A stretch of DNA of 62,000 nt from Hyalangium minutum (GTDB lineage: Bacteria; Myxococcota; Myxococcia; Myxococcales; Myxococcaceae). Location of the stretch: the NCBI RefSeq assembly GCF_000737315.1, contig NZ_JMCB01000004.1, positions 82,001 to 144,000 of the forward strand, given 5' to 3'. Below the pieces are notes generated by a model. That model had not been told where the DNA came from. It worked only from the letters and a program-made list of their open reading frames with translations, and did not search any database. This document shows, piece after piece, positions 49,191 through 58,151 of the stretch. Each line of letters begins with the position of its first letter. The stretch's first letter is position 1. Made by a program: the position numbers and the translations under genes.

Positions 49191-49379
49191 TCACGAGGCG
49201 CGTGGCAGGGGCGGCACCTGCTCGGAGCCCTCGTAGTAGATGCTGGCGGTCTCCTTGCCGTAGACAACGAGGACCCGATCGCTCTGGGCGAGCAGATCGC
49301 CCGTCGCCTCGGTGACCTTGCGAACCAGGGAGTCAGACTGCGCCGAGCGTTTGGAGGCTCGGACTTTGACGACCGGCAT
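49191..49379 (-). CDS. 4-oxalocrotonate-tautomerase-like small protein (Pro-1)
   Basis: M-PVVKV...RS...LVRKVTEATGDLL...DRVLVVY...YYEG aligns by eye with the beta-alpha-beta 4-OT unit. Confidence 0.65.
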   Translation of the reverse strand: MPVVKVRASKRSAQSDSLVRKVTEATGDLLAQSDRVLVVYGKETASIYYEGSEQVPPLPRAS

Positions 49380-49388
49380 GGGGGATTC

Positions 49389-49679
49389 CTACTCCTTGAC
49401 GTACTTCAGTGTGCCGCCCACTTCCAACTGATCGACGATGGCCATGACGGTCGCGTCGACGGGGCGGTCCTTCGTCACCTTCGTCTGCCGGGCGCTGGAG
49501 CCAGAGCAGTAGAGCACCACCTCGCCCACGCCGGCGCCCACCGCATCCACGGCGACGACGACGGGGCCGGTGACTTTGCCCTCCAAGTCCATGCCGCGCA
49601 GCACGAGGAGCTTCAAGCCCTCGAGCTCCTGCTCTTTGCGCGTGGCGACCACCGTCCCCACGACCTTGCCCATCAGCAT
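49389..49679 (-). CDS. BMC-P pentameric vertex protein (EutN/CcmL family)
   Basis: [12 protein letters not shown]...GLKLLV...[15 protein letters not shown]...GSSAR...[11 protein letters not shown]. Confidence 0.96.
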   Translation of the reverse strand: MLMGKVVGTVVATRKEQELEGLKLLVLRGMDLEGKVTGPVVVAVDAVGAGVGEVVLYCSGSSARQTKVTKDRPVDATVMAIVDQLEVGGTLKYVKE

Positions 49680-49712
49680 GCGCGGCTCCCGGGTGACTTA
49701 GAGGGGGACAGG

Positions 49713-50015
49713 TCAGGTCGTCCCAGCGTCCGTCTTGCCCTTGCGGCCGAGCGGCAGGACCTGGTCCAGGTTGCCGTGGGGGCGGGGAATCACGTGCACG
49801 GAGACCAGCTCGCCCACGCGCTCGGCGCCACGGGCTCCGGCCTCGGTGGCCGCCTTCACTGCCGCCACGTCGCCGCGGATGATGGCCGTCACGTAGCCGC
49901 CGCCGATCTTCTCGTAGCCGACGAACTCCACCTTCGCCGCCTTCACCATCGCGTCGGCCGCTTCGACCATGCCGACGAAGCCCTTCGTTTCGATCAGCCC
50001 GAGTGCATCCGCCAT
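49713..50015 (-). CDS. BMC-H hexameric shell protein (PduA/EutM family)
   Basis: ALGLIETKG...AADAMVKAA...[10 protein letters not shown]...HVIPRPH. Confidence 0.97.
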   Translation of the reverse strand: MADALGLIETKGFVGMVEAADAMVKAAKVEFVGYEKIGGGYVTAIIRGDVAAVKAATEAGARGAERVGELVSVHVIPRPHGNLDQVLPLGRKGKTDAGTT

Positions 50016-50084
50016 CTGTTCGTTCCTCTCCGCTGCTGCGGTGAAATCACGTCACGCCGTCCCCGAGAGGGGCCGGCTGAAAAC

Positions 50085-50723
50085 TCACTTGTCCTTGAGA
50101 GACGCCGGCTCCTTGCCGGTGAGGCCCTTGAGCGCCGCCACCGCCGCCGCCGCCGCCGCGTCGATCTCCGCCTCGGAGCCGGCCATGTAGAGCCGGCCGA
50201 AGGCGCCGTACGGTGTCACATCCACCAGCTTCACGTTGGCCGCCTTCTCCGCCTCGTTGGCCGCCAGCGCCGCGTACGCCGCGGGCTCGCACTCGAGGAT
50301 GAAGAGGGACTCGCCGGGCTCAATCAGCGAGCCGAAGCGGATCTTGTCCAGGATCATCGCGTGCATCGGCTCGATGGCGCGGATGACGGTGTTGGAGACC
50401 AGCTTGGGCTTGATCCGGTCCTCTTCCTTGGCCTCCAGGAACTTGAGGATGGAGTCACCGGCGCTGCGCACCTCGCCCTTGTCCTCGTGGTGGACCTCGA
50501 GCATGCCGTAGGCGCGCTCGACCACCAGCGTGGCGGGGAACACCCGCGTGTTCTTGAGCGCGGTGTCGATGATCCCGTGGATGGCCATACCCGGCGCGAT
50601 CTCCACGAAGAGCGATGCCACGTAGGGCACCGGGAAATAGCCACGGCACGTGGTGCAGATGTGCGCGGCGAGCTGCGGCTGCAGCGAGTCGAGGAAAACG
50701 AACGCCCGGAGCGACGTGGCCAA
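50085..50723 (-). CDS. BMC-T permuted stacking shell protein (CcmP/CsoS1D/HO BMC-T2/T3-like)
   Basis: [57 protein letters not shown] start after GGAGGG. Confidence 0.93.
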   Translation of the reverse strand: MATSLRAFVFLDSLQPQLAAHICTTCRGYFPVPYVASLFVEIAPGMAIHGIIDTALKNTRVFPATLVVERAYGMLEVHHEDKGEVRSAGDSILKFLEAKEEDRIKPKLVSNTVIRAIEPMHAMILDKIRFGSLIEPGESLFILECEPAAYAALAANEAEKAANVKLVDVTPYGAFGRLYMAGSEAEIDAAAAAAVAALKGLTGKEPASLKDK

Positions 50724-50758
50724 AACAACCCTCCCGGTACTGCCGGTAGAGGGACCTT

Positions 50759-50788
50759 GCTATAGCGAACCGAACACTTCGTTGACAA
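50759..50788 (-). promoter_or_regulatory. Possible sigma70-type promoter of the BMC operon
   Basis: TTGTCA-18 bp-TATAGC; imperfect -10 element. Confidence 0.3.
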
Positions 50789-50817
50789 GCGCCGTCTGGA
50801 GTGGCGGTAAAGGTCGC

Positions 50818-51423
50818 ATGTCCCCCCAATTGCTCTTGATTTCCCTTGTATTCGGGCTCTCCACGGTGGCGGCCGCGCAGCCGGAAGAGGCTCCCCCTGC
50901 CACCCGCCGCGTAGGGCAGACGCCCGTCTGGCTGCCCCGTGGCGCCTTCCTGGGCACCTTCATCCGGAAGGGGGCGGTGGTTCCCCAGGCCCGGCTCCAG
51001 TGGCAGTTGACGCTCTTCCAGCAGAAGAAGGACGGCATCGTGCTCTTGATGGAGGGCGGAGGCGGGTGGGCCGCGGGGCTGCCGGACACGGCCGTGGAGG
51101 GCTTCGACGCGCCCATCCACTCTCTGTATGAGCACACGCTCATGTTCGGAGTGGGCTACCGCAACCAGGACCCGGCGGGTTTGCACTGGGGGTTTCAGGT
51201 CACGGGAGGACCTGTCTGGTATGGTGCGCATTACCGGGATCTCCCGGTTGAGCATGACTCGGCGGGGTTGATGGAGGGGCGTATCCACGTGGGATACCGC
51301 TTCGGGCCGGTGGTTCTGGGAGTGAGCGGCGGGTACGCCGAGCCCTTCAGCTACACGCGGCGCAGCGTGGCGCGTCAGTTCCTCGGGGGAGCGCAGTTCG
51401 GGTTCTTCGCGGATTGGAGATAA
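50818..51423 (+). CDS. Secreted hypothetical protein, probable outer-membrane beta-strand protein
   Basis: Signal MSPQLLLISLVFGLSTVAAA; aromatic/Gly alternating strands; C-terminal QFGFFADWR. Confidence 0.65.
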   Translation: MSPQLLLISLVFGLSTVAAAQPEEAPPATRRVGQTPVWLPRGAFLGTFIRKGAVVPQARLQWQLTLFQQKKDGIVLLMEGGGGWAAGLPDTAVEGFDAPIHSLYEHTLMFGVGYRNQDPAGLHWGFQVTGGPVWYGAHYRDLPVEHDSAGLMEGRIHVGYRFGPVVLGVSGGYAEPFSYTRRSVARQFLGGAQFGFFADWR

Positions 51424-51509
51424 CCCTAGGCTCCTACCTGTCCTTGCCAGTCCTTCACAGGGCTGCGTAACGTGCGAAGTCATCCCCTCGGAGTCACGGG
51501 AGTGTCGCG

Positions 51510-52784
51510 GTGGCATTGACCACAGAAGCATTCGGTTTGACCGACGTTGGCCGGAAGCGTCAGCACAACGAAGATGCGATGTTGGTGGAGTCCCAGCTGG
51601 GGCTCTACATCGTCGCTGACGGCATGGGCGGTCACGCCGCGGGAGAGGTGGCCAGTGCGCGGGCGACCGAGGTCGTCAAGCAGCACATCACCGCGAACAA
51701 GCACCTGCTGAAGGATCTGGCCTCCAACCCGTCCCAGGACAGCCGGGCGGCGGCGGCGGCGCTGGTGGAAGTGGCCATCCAGCGGGCGTGCGCGGACATC
51801 TACAAGATGGCGCTGGCGGACGCGGCCAAGCGAGGCATGGGCACCACGTTCGTGTGCCTGGCGCTCAGCGGGAACAAGGGCGTCATTGGCCACGTGGGCG
51901 ACTCGCGCGTGTACCTGGTGCGCCACGGGCAGTGTCACCGGCTCACCGAGGACCACACGCTGGTGGCCGCACAGCTGAAGGCCGGCACCATCACCAAGGA
52001 GCAGGCGGCCAGCTCGCAGTACCGCAACGTGATTACCCGTGCGGTCGGCATCCAGGAGTCCGTGCAGGTGGACACCCTGATCGTCGACCTGATGCCGGGT
52101 GATGTCTTCATCCTCTGCTCGGACGGCCTGCACGGCTACATCGAGGACGAGGAGATGCTGCCGCTGGTCAGCACGGTGGCCATTGGCGATCTGCCCAAGA
52201 AGCTGATCGACACGGCCAACGAGCGCGGCGGCAAGGACAACATCACCGCCGTGGTGGTGAAGGTGGCTGGCGACGGCGCGGTGGCCAGCGAGGAGACGAG
52301 CGAGGCGCAGTCGCGCATGGAGGCGCTGCGGAAGATCCCGCTCTTCCGGCACCTCACGTACAAGGAGCAGACGGCGGTGCTGTCCATCGCCACCACGCGC
52401 ACGTTCCCCGCGGGGCGGGAGATTGTGGTGGAGGGCCAGCCGGGCGAGGAGCTGTTCGTCGTCATCCGCGGCCGGGTGGTGATTGAGAAGAACGGCGTGG
52501 AGATCGCCGAGCTGCGCGCCGGTGGGCACTTCGGAGAGATGGGGCTCATCGACAACGCGCCGCGCTCGGCGACGGTGCGCGCCACCGAGCCCACGCGAAC
52601 GATGGTCATCTCCCGGCCGGACCTGATGAGCCTGATGAAGCGCGAGTCCATCCTCGCGGTGAAGATGCTCTGGAGCTTCGTGCAGGTGCTGTCGGACCGG
52701 CTGCGCGCGACGAACTCGGAGCTGAGCGAGGCGCGCCAGGAACTGGCGGTGGCGCAGTCCGTCCAGCCCTTCGCCGAGGAGTAG
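51510..52784 (+). CDS. PP2C-type Ser/Thr phosphatase with C-terminal cyclic-nucleotide-binding domain
   Basis: TDVGRKRQHNED, VADGMGGHAAGE, HVGDSR, LCSDGL, GGKDNIT; GHFGEMGLIDNAPRSATVRA. Confidence 0.95.
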   Translation: MALTTEAFGLTDVGRKRQHNEDAMLVESQLGLYIVADGMGGHAAGEVASARATEVVKQHITANKHLLKDLASNPSQDSRAAAAALVEVAIQRACADIYKMALADAAKRGMGTTFVCLALSGNKGVIGHVGDSRVYLVRHGQCHRLTEDHTLVAAQLKAGTITKEQAASSQYRNVITRAVGIQESVQVDTLIVDLMPGDVFILCSDGLHGYIEDEEMLPLVSTVAIGDLPKKLIDTANERGGKDNITAVVVKVAGDGAVASEETSEAQSRMEALRKIPLFRHLTYKEQTAVLSIATTRTFPAGREIVVEGQPGEELFVVIRGRVVIEKNGVEIAELRAGGHFGEMGLIDNAPRSATVRATEPTRTMVISRPDLMSLMKRESILAVKMLWSFVQVLSDRLRATNSELSEARQELAVAQSVQPFAEE

Positions 52785-52794
52785 GGTCCCCGGC

Positions 52795-52828
52795 GCCCCG
52801 GTGCCGCCCAAGGGCCGCGCACCGGGGC
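52795..52828. terminator. Hairpin between convergent genes
   Basis: GCCCCGGTGC ... GCACCGGGGC 10-bp inverted repeat. Confidence 0.5.
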
Positions 52829-52838
52829 AGGCTGTGGG

Positions 52839-53603
52839 TCAGCGGAGGGAGTCCGTCACCTCGTAGGTGAGGGTCTGGAAGGAAGCCTCTCGGTACACCT
52901 GGAGCTGCACCGTGCCGCCGGGTGTGGACAGCCGATCGGCCAGGGCTCCCAGTTGGTCAGGGGAGAGCGGCGCTCCATTCATGCGGAACAGCACATCTCC
53001 CTCGTGGAGGCCGAGCCGCGCGAAGACTCCGTTCTCCTGAACGTCGGTGAGCTGGATGGCGGGCTGTGGAAACACCCTCAGGGTCTCCGCATGCGCGCCC
53101 AGGCCGTATTTGCCGCGGAGCTGCGACACCACGCTGCTTTTCACCTTCCAACGGAGCCGGCCCTCGTGGACGGCGGCCGTGTCGAAGCGGTGGCGGATGA
53201 CGCGCAGGGACACGTCCCGGCCCACCGGGAGCAGCTGGGAGCCCTCGGGCCCCGTGAGCTGGAGCCCTGCGGAGGTGATGGCCGTCACCCGGAGATTGCG
53301 GCCCAGCAGCTCTCCCACGTGCAGGTTGCGCGTCTCCCAGGTCTCCGTGTCCGCCAGCGTCGCGAAGGACTCGGTTCGAACGGGGCTGAGCTGGACTCCG
53401 AAGAGGCGATAGCGGGCGGTGCGCGCCTCATACGCCGCCGCCGCGTCGCCCAGCTCCGGTGCCAGCAGGTCCGCGAGCTCCGCCTCACCCACCTCCGTGC
53501 GCGGTGCCTCCCCAGTGTTTCCCTCCGGCGGCTGCGCTTCATTGGAGCAACCGGCGAGCGTCACCACAACCATTCCCCACAGCAACACAGACATGCTCTT
53601 CAT
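52839..53603 (-). CDS. GspC-like (HR + PDZ) lipoprotein
   Basis: Lipobox LAGC; YRLFGV...ATL...LHVGELLG...VTAI (GspC/PilP-like); VFARLGLHEGDVLFRMNG PDZ. ATG 53603. Confidence 0.65.
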   Translation of the reverse strand: MKSMSVLLWGMVVVTLAGCSNEAQPPEGNTGEAPRTEVGEAELADLLAPELGDAAAAYEARTARYRLFGVQLSPVRTESFATLADTETWETRNLHVGELLGRNLRVTAITSAGLQLTGPEGSQLLPVGRDVSLRVIRHRFDTAAVHEGRLRWKVKSSVVSQLRGKYGLGAHAETLRVFPQPAIQLTDVQENGVFARLGLHEGDVLFRMNGAPLSPDQLGALADRLSTPGGTVQLQVYREASFQTLTYEVTDSLR

Positions 53604-53629
53604 GGTGGTTCCCCCTGGAAGGACGGCCG

Positions 53630-54550
53630 TTACTGGAAGCACTCCCCGACAACGCCCGCGCCATCCGGGTTGGTGGCCCAGGCTGCGCACGCCAGCTTTC
53701 GCTGCGCCGACACGCTGGGGTGGAAGCAGTCGGTGCCGTTGAGGTCCGACGCGCGGAAGACGTACGTGCCCACCGAAGTGTTCTGGAAGCCCTCCTCGAG
53801 GGAGCCCTGCCAGTCCGCCACGAAGCGCACGCCTCGCGGGTTGCGGCCGTCGATGTTGGCTGCGTAGAGATCGACCTCGGCACGGGTCGCCGCGTTGTAT
53901 TCATTGATGCGAGCGCCGATCTGCGCTCGCCGGCCGCCGTTCCTCTCTGCGGTGACGATGCGGCAGATGCCTGCGGCGGGCCAGATGACGTACGAGCAAT
54001 ACAGGCTCTTGGCATTCCCAGCGGCGTAGAGGAAATCCACCCGAGGGAAGCTCAGCACGTGTACCGTCGCGCCCGGCGAGAGGCAGGCCGCCAGCTGATC
54101 CAGCCCCGCGCGCAGCGCGTTGACCCAGGTGTCGAGCGAGTACATGTTCGCGGTGGCATCCGAGCTGGAGGATCTCGGCCGGTTGCACACGTCGTTGGCG
54201 CCGAGGAGGACAGAGACGTGCTGGGGCTTCTCCTCCTGCGCGCAGATCCGCGATGCCTGGACGGCGAAGTTGTTGCTCCCGCCGACCATCTCCGCGCCCG
54301 AGACGGACTCGGGTTGCTGGGTGAAGGAAGGGACGAGCTCCCGATACCGCATGAAGATCGAGAAGACGCTGCTGGAGGTGCCTTGCACCCAGCTCAGCTC
54401 CGGGCGATCCGCGGGCCACCCATCCGCGATCGCGCCTTGGGACATGCTGTCACCCACGTTGGACTGCTTGGTGGGGAGCTCGGCCCATGCCACACCTGCC
54501 AGGAGCCCCGCTGCCACTGCGCAGAGAATCCGCATTCGAGATGTGCTCAC
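53630..54550 (-). CDS. Secreted SGNH/GDSL hydrolase
   Basis: Signal ending VAWA; GDSMSQG, LLGANDVC, DCFHPS. GTG 54550 after GGAGGA. Confidence 0.88.
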   Translation of the reverse strand: MSTSRMRILCAVAAGLLAGVAWAELPTKQSNVGDSMSQGAIADGWPADRPELSWVQGTSSSVFSIFMRYRELVPSFTQQPESVSGAEMVGGSNNFAVQASRICAQEEKPQHVSVLLGANDVCNRPRSSSSDATANMYSLDTWVNALRAGLDQLAACLSPGATVHVLSFPRVDFLYAAGNAKSLYCSYVIWPAAGICRIVTAERNGGRRAQIGARINEYNAATRAEVDLYAANIDGRNPRGVRFVADWQGSLEEGFQNTSVGTYVFRASDLNGTDCFHPSVSAQRKLACAAWATNPDGAGVVGECFQ

Positions 54551-54957
54551 GACGTGTTCCTCCGGTGAGTGAAAGCTCTGCGGTGTGTACAGGAAGGGCC
54601 TGGGGCGCCCCATCCGTCGGCGAGGCAGACGCGTTGGCCACCACACGAGGACGAGCGCGGAAATCCACGGATGATCGTCACCCTGTGCCCGGAGTCGTGC
54701 GCGGTGATGCCTGATGAGCAGGGGAGGTGGGGTGGGCCCTCGCAGGTAGGTCTTCCCGCTACCGTCTCCCAGGGTTCCCTCCGTGGGGAGCAGAGAGGCG
54801 CAGAGCCGCGCCGTCGTGTTTCGTGCAACGGGCCTGTGGCTGTTGCCACGGGGTATCACCTGGAAGACGCGAGCAAGCAGTCATGCACGGGGGGCCCATT
54901 CCGGTGGGGATCCCCGTGTCCATTCCTGTCCGGCGAGAACAGCGGGCGGGGAGCGGC

Positions 54958-57477
54958 ATGGGCGGATTGCGTGGCGCGTGGGTGGTGCTGGCGTGCGTGG
55001 GCGTGCTTGGGGGGCGGGCGGTGTGGGCCCAGGCTCCTGGCGAGGAGGCTCCGTCCGACGAGGTGCTGTCGGAGGAGCAGCTCGAGCAGCTGCTGGACTC
55101 TCCAGCCGAGCAGCCCTCGGGCGCGGACCTGAATGAGGCGATGTTCGGGCTGGAGCAGCTCACGCCCTACTTCGCCGAGGGGACGCTGGCCAAGGCCCGG
55201 GCTGAGTACGACCGGGGCCGGTACCGCAAGGCGCGGACACTGCTCTCGCAGGAGCAGCAGACGCTTCCGGTTCGCTTCCTGATGGCGCAGAGCGCGCTGA
55301 ACCTGCGCGATGACGTCACCGCGGCCGAGGAGTTCGCGGCGCTGGCCGAGGAGTACGTGCCGCTGAGAGACCACTGCTTGATGCGCGCGGCCCAGTCCAA
55401 CGAGAAGCTGCGCAAGCTGGAGCTGGCGGCCACCCAGTACCAGGCGGTGGATCCGAGCTCGCCGCTCTATCCGGACGCGCGGTTCAACCTGGCGCGGGTG
55501 CTGGAGCGGCGGAGGGACTTGAACGGAGCGCTGAACGCGCTGGCGGAACTCATCGAGAGCCGCAAGGCGCGCGGACCAGACGCCGTCCGCATGCAGGCGC
55601 TGCTGGCCACGTGTGATTTGGCGCGCAAGCAGGGCCTGTACAACGTGGAGCACAAGGCGCTGCTCGAGGTGTGGGCCACGAGTCCGTTGTCCCGGGAGGC
55701 GGAGCGCGCCCGGCGGCGGCTGCAGGGGCTGCCGCTGCCGCTGAAGTGGCGGGTGCGCCGGGCGGATGCGCTGGTGGATCTGCACCGCAACCACGCGGCG
55801 ATGGAACTGCTCGACGGGGTGGTTCCCCACGTGGCGCTGCCGGACCCGGTGGGGTGCAATGCGCGCCTCATCTATGGCGAGGCGCTGCGCAAGGAGCGGC
55901 AGCACCACAAGGCGATTCAGGTGCTCTCGCCGGTGGTGGAGCAGTGCCACCTACCGGAGGTCCGGCCGCAGGCGCTCTACGTGCTGGGCTACTCGCAGTC
56001 CGTGGTGGACAAGGACGCGGCGGTCGGCACGTACGACACGCTGGCGCGCGACTACCCGGAGCACGGCTATGCGGATGACGCCCTGTTCTTCGCGGGCTGG
56101 CTGTTCCAGCGCAAGGGCGAGCTGGATGCCGCGATGACCCGGTACGACGAACTGGCCAGGAAGTACCCCACGGGCAACTTCGCGTCCGAGGCGCTCTTCC
56201 GCTCGTACTGGCTGCACCAGCGGCGGGGGGAGCATGCGGCGGCGCTGGGGGCGCTCCAGGCGGTGGAGAAGATGCCGCAGGCGGCGCGGACGGACGAAGC
56301 GCTCTGGCGGGCGCGGTACTGGATCGCCCGGACGATGGAGATGCAGAACGAGGTGCCTGCGGCGCTCGCGGGCTATGAGCGCATCGCGGCCGATCGGCCT
56401 GCGACGTGGTACGGGATGCTGGCGCGCTCGCGGCTTGCGCTGCTGGCGCCGGGGCGGCTGGTGCGTGCACCGCCCGTCTCCGCGACGCCGATCGCCATGG
56501 TGGCTCCCGTCTCCACGGCTCCTGTCTCCGTGGCACCGGCCTCCGTGGCGCCTGTTTCTGGGGCGCCGGTCTCGGCGACTTCGGCCACCCTGACGTCCAT
56601 GCAGACGGTGGCGCCGGAACCCACGGCGGAGCCTGCGGTGATCTGGCCGCTGCCGATGGGTGGGCTGGCCAAGGATCCGCGCTTTGCGGCGGGAGTGGAG
56701 CTGATCCGGCTGGGAATGTCCGGTGCGGTGCAGGAACTGCTCGCGGTGGAGCAGCGGGCGCTGCCGGAGGGCCCGGCGCGGCTGCTGTACCAGATTGTCC
56801 AGCGCACGGGGCGGGGCTGGGCGGCGCGCAAGGTGGCGCGCTCCACGCTGCGGGACGAGGTGCGAGGCCCGCTGAGCTCCACGTCCCGGCCGATCTGGGA
56901 GGCCACGTGGCCGCTTGCGTTCCGCACGCTCATCGAGCGCCAGGCGAAGACGAACCGGCTGGATCCGGACCTGCTGCAGGGGCTCATCCGCGAGGAGAGC
57001 CGGTTCAATCCTCGGGCGCGCTCGTCCACGGGAGCGCTGGGACTCACGCAGCTGATGCCCGCGACGGCGCGCCAGGTGGCGGCCTCGCTGAAGCTGGCGG
57101 CGGTGGGGGAGCAGACGCTGCTGCAGCCGGACCAGAACGTGCGGATCGGCGCGGCGTACCTGGGGCAGCTGCTCAAGCACTTTGGAGGGAACGCCGCGTA
57201 CGCGGTGGCCGCATACAACGCGGGGCCTGGAGCGGTGGAGCGCTGGCGGAAGGCGCTGCCGCAGGCGGACCTCGACGAGTGGGTGGAGCACATCACCTTC
57301 GACGAGACGCGGGACTACGTGAAGAACGTGCTGGGCAGCTACAACGCCTACAAGCAGCTCTACGGCTCGCAGTCGCCGCTGCTGCAGATCACCACCATGA
57401 CTCCCGCCAATGGTGCGGGGCTGGCGGAGCGTGAGGCGGGAATGGGCGGCTCGGGTTCCGAGGTCCTGCAGAAGTGA
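54958..57477 (+). CDS. Soluble lytic transglycosylase (SLT) with TPR scaffold
   Basis: TPR helices; LIREESRF, GALGLTQLMP, AYNAGPG, ETRDYVKNV. Confidence 0.95.
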   Translation: MGGLRGAWVVLACVGVLGGRAVWAQAPGEEAPSDEVLSEEQLEQLLDSPAEQPSGADLNEAMFGLEQLTPYFAEGTLAKARAEYDRGRYRKARTLLSQEQQTLPVRFLMAQSALNLRDDVTAAEEFAALAEEYVPLRDHCLMRAAQSNEKLRKLELAATQYQAVDPSSPLYPDARFNLARVLERRRDLNGALNALAELIESRKARGPDAVRMQALLATCDLARKQGLYNVEHKALLEVWATSPLSREAERARRRLQGLPLPLKWRVRRADALVDLHRNHAAMELLDGVVPHVALPDPVGCNARLIYGEALRKERQHHKAIQVLSPVVEQCHLPEVRPQALYVLGYSQSVVDKDAAVGTYDTLARDYPEHGYADDALFFAGWLFQRKGELDAAMTRYDELARKYPTGNFASEALFRSYWLHQRRGEHAAALGALQAVEKMPQAARTDEALWRARYWIARTMEMQNEVPAALAGYERIAADRPATWYGMLARSRLALLAPGRLVRAPPVSATPIAMVAPVSTAPVSVAPASVAPVSGAPVSATSATLTSMQTVAPEPTAEPAVIWPLPMGGLAKDPRFAAGVELIRLGMSGAVQELLAVEQRALPEGPARLLYQIVQRTGRGWAARKVARSTLRDEVRGPLSSTSRPIWEATWPLAFRTLIERQAKTNRLDPDLLQGLIREESRFNPRARSSTGALGLTQLMPATARQVAASLKLAAVGEQTLLQPDQNVRIGAAYLGQLLKHFGGNAAYAVAAYNAGPGAVERWRKALPQADLDEWVEHITFDETRDYVKNVLGSYNAYKQLYGSQSPLLQITTMTPANGAGLAEREAGMGGSGSEVLQK

Positions 57478-57522
57478 GCAGTTTCCCTTGCGAGCAGCTG
57501 GACACCGGCTCACTCTCCGGGG

Positions 57523-57999
57523 ATGGAAAACGCTGCGCCTGAATGGAAGCTGCCGTGGGAGGGTGGGTGCCGCTGCGGGAAGATCCGCCTGCGCGTCACT
57601 CAGCCTCCGCTCCTGACCATGGCGTGTCACTGCACGGGCTGTCAGCGCATGAGCTCGAGTGCTTTCAGCCTGTCGATGGCGGTGCCGACGCCCGGCTTTG
57701 AGGTCCTCTCCGGCGAGCCGGTGGTCGGGGGGCTGCATGGGCCGACGAAGCACATGTTCTGCGGCCACTGCATGACGTGGATGTTCACGCGGCCCGAGGG
57801 CATGGACTTCTTCGTGAACCTCCGGCCGAGCATGCTCGACGACTGGAGCTGGTTCGTGCCGTTCATCGAGACCTACGCGGAGGTGAAACGGCCCTGGGCG
57901 GCAACGGGCGCGGTGCACTCCTACCCGCAGTTTCCGGAGATGTCCGCGTACGAAGGGCTCATCGCCGAGTTCGCCGCGAAGGGTGTGCGTCCCAAGTAG
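57523..57999 (+). CDS. GFA/CENP-V family Zn protein
   Basis: GGCRCG, CHCTGCQR, FCGHC. Confidence 0.92.
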   Translation: MENAAPEWKLPWEGGCRCGKIRLRVTQPPLLTMACHCTGCQRMSSSAFSLSMAVPTPGFEVLSGEPVVGGLHGPTKHMFCGHCMTWMFTRPEGMDFFVNLRPSMLDDWSWFVPFIETYAEVKRPWAATGAVHSYPQFPEMSAYEGLIAEFAAKGVRPK

Positions 58000-58151
58000 C
58001 GAGCCGCAGCCGCAAGGGGCTCGGGTGTGTTCCCTCGTTGCCGGTAGCCCAGGTGCAGTGGCAGGTGCTCCATCCCGCGCGACAGGGTGGACGAGCGCCA
58101 CCGCGAACTGCGAGGCGTGAAGCGCGTGCGGCTCGTGCTTGATGCGGCGGT

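Noticed and set aside
47064-50723. Assignment to EUT, PDU, GRM or SPU microcompartment types
   Set aside because: No eutBC, pduCDE, glycyl-radical enzyme, deoC or rpiB in or beside the locus.
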